This document shows, piece by piece, positions 18,086 to 26,991 of a DNA stretch of 64,000 bases (positions are counted from its first letter, which is position 1; each line of letters starts with the position of its first letter). Source of the DNA: Patescibacteria group bacterium (GTDB lineage Bacteria; Patescibacteriota; Minisyncoccia; Phycocordibacterales; UBA918); assembly GCA_018608435.1 (NCBI GenBank), contig JABAZV010000006.1:31692-95691 (forward strand). Direction: 5' to 3'. Under the pieces are notes generated by a model, which did no database searches, had not been told where the DNA came from, and saw only the letters and a list, made by a program, of their open reading frames with translations. A program made the translations under genes and the position numbers.

Positions 18086-19288
18086 ATGAAAAATCAACTT
18101 GAAAAAACAACACATAATCAAATTTTATATATAGCCATGCTCTGGCTATTTCTAGCACTAGCTCCTGCTGTGGCGCACGGCGCTAGTAATCAGGTGGCTG
18201 TATGGATACCGTGGTGGGCGGAAGAAGCAGGAGCAGAAGATGCCGCTGCTCAAATACGCGATCTAGACGTCATCTATCCTTTTGTTTTTGAAGTAGAGGC
18301 TGACGGAAGTCTTAGAAACATGGTGGATTTCAAGGATGATCATTGGGAAGATTTGTTTGATAAGGCTGATGATCGGCGCGTGGATGTTGTTCCTACAGTC
18401 ATGTGGTTTGCTGGCTCAGAAATACATGAAGTTTTAAGTGATAGGCGCAAGCGAGAAAACCATGTTGAAGAGATTGTCGATATGGTGCGCAAAAATCGCT
18501 TCGATGGTGTAAATATTGATTATGAAAGTAAGTTAGCTGAAACTATCGATTACTTCTCTCTCTTTTTAAAAGAACTTGAAGACGAGCTCGGTCGCCGCGA
18601 TCTCACTTGTACCATAGAAGCACGCATGCCTCCCGAGTCTCGTTGGATTAATCCTCCTGCAGTTATTGAATATGCTAACGACTACAAAGAAATGAATCGT
18701 CATTGTGATTGGGTAGAAATCATGGCGTACGACCAACAGCGAGCTGATGTAAAGTTAAATAACGAACGTCGCGGAGTGCCGTATTCTCCAGTGGCAGACA
18801 TTGACTGGGTAGAAAAGGTGGTTGATCTCGCACTAGAAGATATCGATGAAGATAAAATAATGCTAGGGATCCCAACTTACGGTCGAGCTTGGGATGTGAC
18901 AGTGGCTTCAGAGTGGTATCGTGACTACAATCTAGTTACGTCCCTTAACCCAAAAAGAATAATTGAGCTTTCAAAGAAGTATGATTCGCTGATTGGAAGG
19001 ACTGCTGGTGGGGAAGCTGTTATTACGTACTTTCCTGAAGACTCACCGTGGCGATTGCTTAACCAATTACCAGCCCCTACAGGAACGCCTAAAGGTTACG
19101 AAGCAGCCGCCAAGGCTCTGCTCGTGGCAACGTACGCAGATATCGAAATTCCAGTTCGTTTTGTTTCTTGGAGTGATGCGCAAGCGATTGAAGATAAGTT
19201 GGACTTAGCTGACAAATATGATTTGCGAGGAGTGGCGATATTTAAAGTTGACGGCGAGGAAGACAAAAATATGTGGGATTTATTTTAA
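18086..19288 (+). CDS. Secreted GH18 family glycoside hydrolase (YdhD/SleL-like)
   Basis: Signal peptide; FDGVNIDYE catalytic motif, IMAYD, KIMLGIPTYG, LRGVAIF. Confidence 0.85.
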   Translation: MKNQLEKTTHNQILYIAMLWLFLALAPAVAHGASNQVAVWIPWWAEEAGAEDAAAQIRDLDVIYPFVFEVEADGSLRNMVDFKDDHWEDLFDKADDRRVDVVPTVMWFAGSEIHEVLSDRRKRENHVEEIVDMVRKNRFDGVNIDYESKLAETIDYFSLFLKELEDELGRRDLTCTIEARMPPESRWINPPAVIEYANDYKEMNRHCDWVEIMAYDQQRADVKLNNERRGVPYSPVADIDWVEKVVDLALEDIDEDKIMLGIPTYGRAWDVTVASEWYRDYNLVTSLNPKRIIELSKKYDSLIGRTAGGEAVITYFPEDSPWRLLNQLPAPTGTPKGYEAAAKALLVATYADIEIPVRFVSWSDAQAIEDKLDLADKYDLRGVAIFKVDGEEDKNMWDLF

Positions 19289-19311
19289 GACAGTACTTCT
19301 TATTCAGAAAG

Positions 19312-19350
19312 ATAAAGTGCCGACTCTAATAGAGTGCGGCATTTTATTTT
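19312..19350 (+). terminator. Intrinsic terminator after GH18
   Basis: ataaagtgccgactct-aat-agagtgcggcattttatttt. Confidence 0.65.
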
Positions 19351-19400
19351 GCCAGTTTTAGAACATTGCCGAAGACACGGTCGATGGATATACTACTTGT

Positions 19401-20651
19401 ATGTCAAAACCACTTATCGGCTTGCTTGATTGTAATAATTTTTTTGTGTCATGTGAGCGTTTATTCCGACCTGATTTATTGGGTCGGCCAGTTATCGTCC
19501 TCTCAAGTAATGACGGTTGCGTAGTGGCCCGTTCGCAAGAAGTAAAGGACATCGGAGTAGAAATGGGTGTCCCTTACTTTAAAATAAAGGACACTGTAAA
19601 AGAGCACGGAATAGCAACGTTTTCTTCACATTTTGCTCTGTACAGAGATATTTCCAGAAGAGTGTTTGCTGTAATGAAAAGGGAATTAGAAGTAGTGGAG
19701 CAGTACTCAGTTGATGAAGCTTTTTTTATTATAAACAAGGATCATACTGAAACTGTAGTTAATTTAAAATCAACCATTGAGAAACTTGTCGGCATTCCTG
19801 TTTCTGTTGGAGTAGGGGCAAGTAAAACTCAAGCTAAATATGCTAGCGAACTTGCTAAGAAAGGTTCTGGCATAAAGGTCCTTACTCCAATCGAATGGAA
19901 TAGTTTGGCAGATAGTATCCCTCTTGGCCAATTGTGGGGAGTTGGTGGCAAATCATCAAAGCGGTATAAACAGCACAATTTGTTTACTGTCAGTGATATT
20001 TTAAATGCGGATTCAGGCAGAATAGCGCAATTGTTTGGGGTGAATGGTATTCGCTTGCAGCAGGAATTATTAGGTGATTTAACCCCTAAAATAGAACAAA
20101 AGCATGCTCCGCAACAAAGCATTACGAGCTCTCGTTCTTTTGCAAATTCGGTTACTGAACTGTCGATTTTGTACGATGCTGTTGCTTACCATGTGCGTCA
20201 CGCGGCAGCAGACTTGCGTGCACAAAAGCAGAATGCTGGCAAGATAATAGTCTCAATTAGACCTGGTCGATACGGTGATTTTGTCTTGCGTGGTGGCTCT
20301 AAAGAAGCTGTTTTCACCTCGCCTACAAACGACACTGTTGCTCTGATGACTTGTGCAGAAAAGCTTGTGTGTGATCTGTATGAAAAAGGTGTTCCGTACA
20401 AGAAAGTAGGAATAACTCTTTCTTTATTGCGCCCTGTAGGGGAAAGACAGACAGCCTTGTTTGCTGACCAAACACCAGAAGCAGGGTCGAAGCTACTGGC
20501 CGCAGTCGACATTTTAAACCAAAAGGTAGGGAAGGAGGTTGTGCTGTTTGGCAGTCGACTACAAACTAAAAAATGGCAATCTCGTTCAGCCTCTCAGTCC
20601 CCCTCGTATACAACTAACTGGAAAGACATTGCTACAGCACAGGCTTCATAG
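19401..20651 (+). CDS. umuC: Y-family DNA polymerase V catalytic subunit UmuC
   Basis: LLDCNNFFVSCERLFRPDL, VLSSNDGCVVARS, YSVDEAF, SRSF, YKKVG and the UmuC-type C-terminal W..R....SP.YTT.W. Confidence 0.92.
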   Translation: MSKPLIGLLDCNNFFVSCERLFRPDLLGRPVIVLSSNDGCVVARSQEVKDIGVEMGVPYFKIKDTVKEHGIATFSSHFALYRDISRRVFAVMKRELEVVEQYSVDEAFFIINKDHTETVVNLKSTIEKLVGIPVSVGVGASKTQAKYASELAKKGSGIKVLTPIEWNSLADSIPLGQLWGVGGKSSKRYKQHNLFTVSDILNADSGRIAQLFGVNGIRLQQELLGDLTPKIEQKHAPQQSITSSRSFANSVTELSILYDAVAYHVRHAAADLRAQKQNAGKIIVSIRPGRYGDFVLRGGSKEAVFTSPTNDTVALMTCAEKLVCDLYEKGVPYKKVGITLSLLRPVGERQTALFADQTPEAGSKLLAAVDILNQKVGKEVVLFGSRLQTKKWQSRSASQSPSYTTNWKDIATAQAS

Positions 20652-20841
20652 GACAAGTGTCTGTTTGTGGGGTTTTTAGTATCCGACATTTGTACCAGAG
20701 CCCGTTTAGCGCTCATGTCCGTTTGTGTGATTATTAGCCATTAAAACTAGGTGTTTTCTAAAGGAACAAAGGTCAGCTCAAAAAGGTTATCAACAGTCAA
20801 TATCGGACAGTTGCATAAAGACTTAGTACAATACTTTTAGA

Positions 20842-21096
20842 TCGGTAGTAGTTAAGTCGTTTAAACATTTTTCTTCAATGCGCACCGACACCCGTTTTAG
20901 CCAACGTAAGTGTCGATTGCAAAAAAGTATTTTATTAAAATGTTTGTTGCGGCTATACAGATAAAATTTCACTAAAGGCTGAGTTTTCTCACATATTGTG
21001 AATTACTTTATCTCTCCACAAACAACTACTATCGACCAGTACTTCAAGAGTTTCTCAATAAAAAACAAATTAAAATATTGAGTAAGTTCTCAGTAC
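20842..21096 (+). promoter_or_regulatory. Putative structured 5' leader of the 21128 gene
   Basis: TACAAT at 20827-20832, then tcggtagtagtt (20842-20853) pairs with aactactatcga (21024-21035). Internal stems: cgacac/gtgtcg, tgtttgt/acaaaca, agataaa/tttatct. A second hairpin is ctcaata/tattgag. Confidence 0.55.
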
Positions 21097-21127
21097 AAAG
21101 TTATTTAAAATAATTATAAATATAAAC

Positions 21128-22207
21128 ATGTTCGCAAAAGCAACTAAAGTTGGCTTTGCGCAGCAGGTGGTCGCGACACTTGTTGCAAGCGCAGTACTTA
21201 TGTGGTCATTTGGAATGTACCACACTGCGCAAGCAGCTAACCTCACTTTAATTAGTGACACCCTCGGCACTTCGGAGCCGGCGGTGACCTCAACACACTC
21301 AATTGCCTTCACTATCCCAACCGGCTCTGCGCTGGCGGATGGTGACACGGTAACTATTACATTCCCCGTAGGCTTTACAGGCGTTGCAGCAGTAGCCGAT
21401 GCTAATACCGACATTACTGTCGGAGGAACGCTAGATGTTGATGGTTCGGCAACCGTCGCAGGCGCTGGCCAAAGTATTACATTTAATACTGTGGCTGCAG
21501 CGGCGGGGCAAGAAATAATAGTCGCGATCGATGATTTGATTATTACAAATCCAGCAGTAGTTGGTTCGTATGAAATCTCACTTGATACTGGAACAGGTGG
21601 AGATAATGGTAACACTCGTGTTGCCATTATCGACACTGTACTAGTTACTGCAGCAGTTCTTACAACTTTTGATTTCACAATCATTGGAACTGCAACTTCT
21701 ACAGCAGTTAACGGAACATCAACTACTGGCTCAACTACTCCAACTGCCGTACCGTTTGGTACCGTGTCAGCTGGAGAAGTTAACACTCTCGCTCAACGTC
21801 TAACTGTATCTACAAACGCACGAAACGGTTTTGTGGTTACGGTACAAAGTGACGGTGAACTAGAGTCTTCAAACGGAGCGATCATTGACAGCTTCACCAA
21901 CGGTACTGACATTGCAGTTGCAGGTACCGCTTGGGCATCACCTACAAACCTCGTAGCAGATGAAGCGACTTGGGGTCACTGGGGAATCACTTATGATGAT
22001 GACGCAACAGTAGATCTTGCAGCCAATGAATTTATTGCTGCTTCTACTACACCGCGAGAAGTCTTCAGTCACACAGCTGCAGCTGATGGAGTAACACCAA
22101 ACATTGGTAGTACAACTATTGGCTACCAGCTAGAGATTACTCCACTACAGGAAGCGGCCGATGATTACAGCACTATTCTGACATTCATTGCAACACCTAC
22201 TTTCTAG
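21128..22207 (+). CDS. Secreted two-domain beta-rich protein with WxL/pilin-like C-terminal domain (putative major structural subunit)
   Basis: Signal peptide ending AQA; T/A/V/G-rich with no Cys; VPFGTV..., LTVSTNARNGFVVTV and terminal strand YQLEI...DDYSTILTFIATPTF; own terminator downstream. Confidence 0.6.
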   Translation: MFAKATKVGFAQQVVATLVASAVLMWSFGMYHTAQAANLTLISDTLGTSEPAVTSTHSIAFTIPTGSALADGDTVTITFPVGFTGVAAVADANTDITVGGTLDVDGSATVAGAGQSITFNTVAAAAGQEIIVAIDDLIITNPAVVGSYEISLDTGTGGDNGNTRVAIIDTVLVTAAVLTTFDFTIIGTATSTAVNGTSTTGSTTPTAVPFGTVSAGEVNTLAQRLTVSTNARNGFVVTVQSDGELESSNGAIIDSFTNGTDIAVAGTAWASPTNLVADEATWGHWGITYDDDATVDLAANEFIAASTTPREVFSHTAAADGVTPNIGSTTIGYQLEITPLQEAADDYSTILTFIATPTF

Positions 22208-22227
22208 TAAATGCAAATCTGAAATGG

Positions 22228-22260
22228 ACACAAAACCCTCTTTGAGGGTTTTTGTTTTGT
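22228..22260 (+). terminator. Intrinsic terminator
   Basis: acaaaaccctc-ttt-gagggtttttgtttt. Confidence 0.75.
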
Positions 22261-22668
22261 CTGTTGCTCATGCTAGACAAGCTTTCGACAATATTATTTT
22301 TTCACATTTTTGATATTTATCATATTTTATTCTGAATTTTACGCTTGCCAATTTAATTGTCATAACAAGTTTATTTTCATAAATAATATTTAAAAGTGGC
22401 TTAGCTTTGTTAAAACTTTGGGTCAGATCTTGGTTAAGAAAGGTCTTTTAGATTTAAAAATATTTACAGTGTTTGTAGTTTCAGTTTAAAATATGGTTAA
22501 AGGTGAACCCAAATATGACATCGACTTTAGTTGTAAGCATGAGGATTGGTACACATTTTTTCGTACACATTTATAAATAATGTGTTCGTTTTGTGAATAG
22601 TAAAGACATACACAGTTGCAGGGTGATATGATGGTATTAATTATCAAATTTATAGTCAAAGCTGACAC

Positions 22669-23763
22669 ATGACATCAATCCCTCATTTTTTATCGACCTA
22701 TTTTATATCATGTGCGAAATTGGTGGTTGTCGCCTTTTTTATTGTAGTTTTCTTTATTTTCCCCATACTTGCGACGGCGCAAGAAGAAGGGGTCGGTATT
22801 TCTCCTGCGACGATCGAAGAAACTATAGATCCTGGAGTGACAAAAGAATACGCGGTGACTATAGAGAACCTGAATAATAGTGAACAGAAATATTTTTTGT
22901 CCACTCGAAATATAAAAGGAGTAGAAGCTGGTGGTGTTCCTGTATTCGCTACAGATAATTTAGAGAAGACTGGTTATGAGTTAGCAGATTGGATAGATTT
23001 GTCTGTGACAGAAGTTGTCGTTCCTTCTCGCGGTAAAGTTCAGGTTCCTTTTGTACTAAGTGTGCCAGAAGCCGCTTCTCCTGGAAGTCACTTTGGAGGA
23101 GTTTTTATTTCGGTGGACCCTCCTGATATTGTGGGTAGTGGTGCAGCTGTGGGATATCAAGTAGCAAACATTATAAGCATAAGAGTTTCGGGTGACGCTA
23201 TCGAACAGGCTGGTGTACGTGAATTTTCAACTGTTAACTTTTTCCATAATTCACAAGATGTTGATTTTCAAGTAAGAATTGAGAACACAGGAAATGTTTT
23301 AGTGCGCCCCACTGGACCGCTTGAGATTTACAACATGTTAGGAAATAAAGTTGGTAACATCGTTTTTAACGAAAGTCAAAGCGGCGTATTTCCAGGAACG
23401 GTAGAGACTTTCTCAAATATAAATTGGACAGGGGATTCGCTTGGGTTCGGTCGTTATGAAGCGGTAGTTAGCCCGGTTTATGGTGATTTTGGAGCCATAA
23501 AGACCATGACAAGTACTGTTACTTTTTGGATTCTACCGATGAGCATTATCGGTCCTGCTCTTGGTGTGCTGGCTGTGCTGGTTTTACTTACATACATATT
23601 TGTGCGCATCTACATCAAGAGATCTCTTGCTCACATAACGCAGGGCAGGAGAATTGTTCGTAAGCGTAATCAGCAAGGGTCGTCAGCCTGGTTACTTGTT
23701 ACAGTAATGGTATTGGCGGTCACAGCTCTATTTCTCATTGTGTTGTTGGCTCTGTTTGCGTAA
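22669..23763 (+). CDS. DUF916/DUF3324-like (WxL-interacting, PapD-like) membrane-anchored protein
   Basis: GISPATIEETIDPG, VTIENLN, WI...EV.VP...VPF.L.VP..A.PG.HFGGV, VRIENTGNVLVRPTG.L.I.N..G, FGRY.A; two C-terminal TM helices. Confidence 0.7.
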   Translation: MTSIPHFLSTYFISCAKLVVVAFFIVVFFIFPILATAQEEGVGISPATIEETIDPGVTKEYAVTIENLNNSEQKYFLSTRNIKGVEAGGVPVFATDNLEKTGYELADWIDLSVTEVVVPSRGKVQVPFVLSVPEAASPGSHFGGVFISVDPPDIVGSGAAVGYQVANIISIRVSGDAIEQAGVREFSTVNFFHNSQDVDFQVRIENTGNVLVRPTGPLEIYNMLGNKVGNIVFNESQSGVFPGTVETFSNINWTGDSLGFGRYEAVVSPVYGDFGAIKTMTSTVTFWILPMSIIGPALGVLAVLVLLTYIFVRIYIKRSLAHITQGRRIVRKRNQQGSSAWLLVTVMVLAVTALFLIVLLALFA

Positions 23764-23791
23764 TTTACAATTGTGTGACATATTAAAACAT

Positions 23792-24238
23792 ATGGCATCT
23801 GACGCAATAAACAACAATGTGATACCGAAATTGAAGCAATTTTCGATGTATCATAAAGCATTGCGAATTGCTATGGCTGTCGCATCTGTCGCACTTGTGT
23901 TTGAAAGTGGTTTGGTTGATGATTCTACTGCTCGCATGTCGCAGCAAACTCATCAGTACTTGGCTAATGCAGTTGGCATGACAACTTCTGTTAGTCCAAC
24001 AGAGCTCAATCAGTACACCGCCGCCCTAACGGCAAAAGAAAAAGCTCTTGCTGATCGAGAAGCTGCCTTGGAAGAACGTGAACTATCGATCGGTTTGTCG
24101 TCTGGGGTTAGTACTCCAGGAAATCAACAGGCAACGTATATTTTGGCTAGCGTTCTGTTTATATTGTTGGCACTAATATTGCTAAACTACATTCTTGATT
24201 ACATGCGTTTGCGTCGAGAATCAGTCGTGCAAGTTTAA
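23792..24238 (+). CDS. Small membrane protein (TM - coiled coil - TM)
   Basis: Hydrophobic N-segment, LTAKEKALADREAALEERE coiled coil, C-terminal TM; start at 23792 or 23846. Confidence 0.7.
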   Translation: MASDAINNNVIPKLKQFSMYHKALRIAMAVASVALVFESGLVDDSTARMSQQTHQYLANAVGMTTSVSPTELNQYTAALTAKEKALADREAALEERELSIGLSSGVSTPGNQQATYILASVLFILLALILLNYILDYMRLRRESVVQV

Positions 24239-24245
24239 AGAATAT

Positions 24246-24280
24246 AAAGATCAGCAAGCAAAACTTGCTGATCTTTTTTA
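24246..24280 (+). terminator. Intrinsic terminator
   Basis: aaagatcagcaag-caaaa-cttgctgatctttttt. Confidence 0.75.
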
Positions 24281-24359
24281 ATGCTTTTCATTCACACATC
24301 GTTTTGCTTCCTGTGTAATAAGTCGTTTTATCTGTCTTGGTGCGCGGTACAATATAAGT

Positions 24360-26258
24360 ATGTTATCTCTAGCACTAAAGAAAGTGTGCCGATTATTACT
24401 ATTTGCACTGTTTGTATTTTCTGGTTGGCTAGTTGTGTCTACTGAAAGTGCGGAGGCAGCAAATATTATACAATACAGCGATACTATAAGTGATTCTGGT
24501 CCGAATCAATTAGCCAATCACACTTTAAATTTTATTCTCAACGCAGCAGCAGGAAGTGGTTCGACCTTTGAAATTACTCCTCCGTCTGGATTTACACTTA
24601 ATTCAACAACAACGTTTGGCGTTCGAAATGTTGAGCTTGTGGTAGATGGCGCCGTACGTTCTGCAGTTGATACTCCTACTGCTGGTGAAGATTCGGTTGA
24701 TATTACTGGTGGTTCTCCTGGTTTTATTAGCTACACTTTGGCTGACGATTACAGTATTCCGGCCGGTAGTGAGCTGACATTTAGAATCGGTAATCATACC
24801 TCCGGTGCCCTAGGAGCTGTCTCTTCTTTCAGTACTACTACTGGTACAACCACTACGCAAGCCGATGTGCCGCCAATACAGAACTCATCTGCTCTTGGGA
24901 GACATGATTTACTGCTTGAAGTATATGATGGTTCTTTGATCGCATCCACTGAGTTTGTTCTTTTTCTAAATAATAAGGTTAATCTACAAGGAATTGATAC
25001 GACAGAAGAAATTCCTCCTTTTCTTTTTAATGGTTCACCGACCAGTACTGTTGGCGGAACCACTTTGAGTGTAGAAATTTCTTTAGAGTCGGATGAGTTT
25101 GCTTTTTGTAGATATAGCACAACTTCGGGCACGGCTTTTACTTCTATGGATCCTGATTCATTCTCTAATACGGGTTTAATATTTCATTCGACAGTAGTTT
25201 CTATTGTTACTGGTCAACTCAACGTATTTTTTGTGCGCTGTATTGACGACGAAGGAAACTTTAATACAGAAGATTTTTTAATCTCTTTCGTCGTATCAGG
25301 TCAGCCAACCGGTACTGCTAACACCGAAGGTGAAACCAGTGGAGATGGAACTGGATCAGGAGATAGCGGTGGAGGAAGTGGTAGTGGATCAGGCGGAACC
25401 TCTGGTGATTCTGATGGTGAGCAACCAGAAGAAGGAAATTCTTCTGGAACTGGCGGTTCTGGTGGAGGTGGGGGTAGAACTTCTGGTGGCGGAGCTGGCG
25501 GTGGATTTGAAAATACAGATGCTTCGTATCGGAGTGGCGACGGACGCGTTGTAATTTCAGGTTACGCTTTTCCAGATAGTGACGTCACTATATTGATTGA
25601 CGGGCAGCTTCACGACACTGTAATAGCAGATGCTGACGGATCGTACTCCATTACTCTCGATGAAATAGCTCGTGGGGCTTATACTTTTGGAGTTTACGCG
25701 GTTGGTGACAATGATGTGAAGTCGTCAACATTCAGTACTTCCTTTACTGTAACTGGTGCTAGGACTTCTTCTTTGAGTAATATTAATGTTGTTCCGTCAG
25801 TACTGGTCGATCCTGACCCAGTTGATATTGGGCAAACTCTGACTATGTCTGGATATGCTTTGCCCAACGCGATTATTTCGATTGAAAACAGTCAACGTGA
25901 ATCAAGTATTGTAAAAGAAATTTCTGCTACTTCAAACAGTGATGGTTTTTGGTCGACTACAGTAGATACAGGTTCTTTCTCCCAAGATACATATCAAGTG
26001 CGGGTAAAGTCTGAGCAAGAGGATGGTGCTGAGACTGGATGGTCTAACTACACATATTATGGTGTTGGCGGAGAAGCTGAAGCTCCTCTTTTCCCCGATT
26101 TAAACCGAGACGGGTTTGTTAATCTTGTCGACTTCTCTATCTTACTTTTCTGGTGGGCAACAGACGGAGGTGACTCTGATCCACCGGCTGACATTAACCG
26201 CGACGGTAATGTGACTCTGACAGACTTCTCTATTCTGCTCTTTAATTGGACTGGATAA
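24360..26258 (+). CDS. Secreted protein with N-domain homologous to the 21128 product, Ig-like domains, Gly/Ser linker and C-terminal dockerin
   Basis: Duplicated Ca-loop/helix dockerin repeats PDLNRDGFVNLVDFSILLFWW and ADINRDGNVTLTDFSILLFNWTG; two ISGYA.P.. Ig units. Confidence 0.8.
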   Translation: MLSLALKKVCRLLLFALFVFSGWLVVSTESAEAANIIQYSDTISDSGPNQLANHTLNFILNAAAGSGSTFEITPPSGFTLNSTTTFGVRNVELVVDGAVRSAVDTPTAGEDSVDITGGSPGFISYTLADDYSIPAGSELTFRIGNHTSGALGAVSSFSTTTGTTTTQADVPPIQNSSALGRHDLLLEVYDGSLIASTEFVLFLNNKVNLQGIDTTEEIPPFLFNGSPTSTVGGTTLSVEISLESDEFAFCRYSTTSGTAFTSMDPDSFSNTGLIFHSTVVSIVTGQLNVFFVRCIDDEGNFNTEDFLISFVVSGQPTGTANTEGETSGDGTGSGDSGGGSGSGSGGTSGDSDGEQPEEGNSSGTGGSGGGGGRTSGGGAGGGFENTDASYRSGDGRVVISGYAFPDSDVTILIDGQLHDTVIADADGSYSITLDEIARGAYTFGVYAVGDNDVKSSTFSTSFTVTGARTSSLSNINVVPSVLVDPDPVDIGQTLTMSGYALPNAIISIENSQRESSIVKEISATSNSDGFWSTTVDTGSFSQDTYQVRVKSEQEDGAETGWSNYTYYGVGGEAEAPLFPDLNRDGFVNLVDFSILLFWWATDGGDSDPPADINRDGNVTLTDFSILLFNWTG

Positions 26259-26487
26259 GAGTCAGTTTAATAAACAGTTTATGATATTAAGCAGAGACCG
26301 TAACAATACATTTACGGTTTGTATAAAAGTGATGCACCACTCTGGTGTGTGACTTTTATATCGTAAGCAAAATGTTGTAAATTTAAATTTTGTTAAATTA
26401 AAATTTAAGCTACGAAAACCGTGTATCTCTTTGTTTTCTGTGGGTAAACCATAAACATTTTCTCTGACTACCGTATAATACTTACAT

Positions 26488-26973
26488 ATGTCCTTTCTGC
26501 AGAGACTAAAAGGTAGGGGAGTACGTGATGGTGACGACACGCTTCTTTCTGATGCTGAAGAAACAGCCGTCGACAAGGTTGCTCAGCTCCATGTTGATGT
26601 TTACCAGACTGAGCGGATGATTGTGGTTTACGCACAATCTGCTGGCGCTGACATGAATGACGTTCACGTTTCAATTGAAGGTGATGCGGATATCGTTTTG
26701 ATTGAAGGTCGTCGTGTGCGACCTGAGTACATTGTTTTCCCGCGAAAAAAGGTCAAAGGAGCTTTTGCTGCCGAAGAGTGCGAGTGGGGCGAGTTTTACA
26801 GGCGAATTATTTTGCCTGAAAGCGTTGATATTGACCAGGCGGATGCAAAGATTAAAAACGGAGTTTTAATACTAATTTTACCCTTGCTAAAGCCGAGCGA
26901 AAAGGAAAAGGTTAATCTTAAGGTTACAGGCGGCCGTAAAGAAGGGAAGCGCAAGGTAGCAAAATCTACTTAA
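26488..26973 (+). CDS. Hsp20 / alpha-crystallin small heat-shock protein
   Basis: LHVDVYQT, ECEWGEFYRRIILPESVD and AKIKNGVLILILP. Confidence 0.9.
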   Translation: MSFLQRLKGRGVRDGDDTLLSDAEETAVDKVAQLHVDVYQTERMIVVYAQSAGADMNDVHVSIEGDADIVLIEGRRVRPEYIVFPRKKVKGAFAAEECEWGEFYRRIILPESVDIDQADAKIKNGVLILILPLLKPSEKEKVNLKVTGGRKEGKRKVAKST

Positions 26974-26991
26974 TATAGTTCTATTGTTCTT

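Noticed and set aside
21070-21786. 238-aa antisense ORF, plus the many other short antisense or alternate-frame ORFs inside large genes
   Set aside because: These are shadow ORFs produced by the codon bias of T/V/A/S-rich sense genes and carry no motifs.
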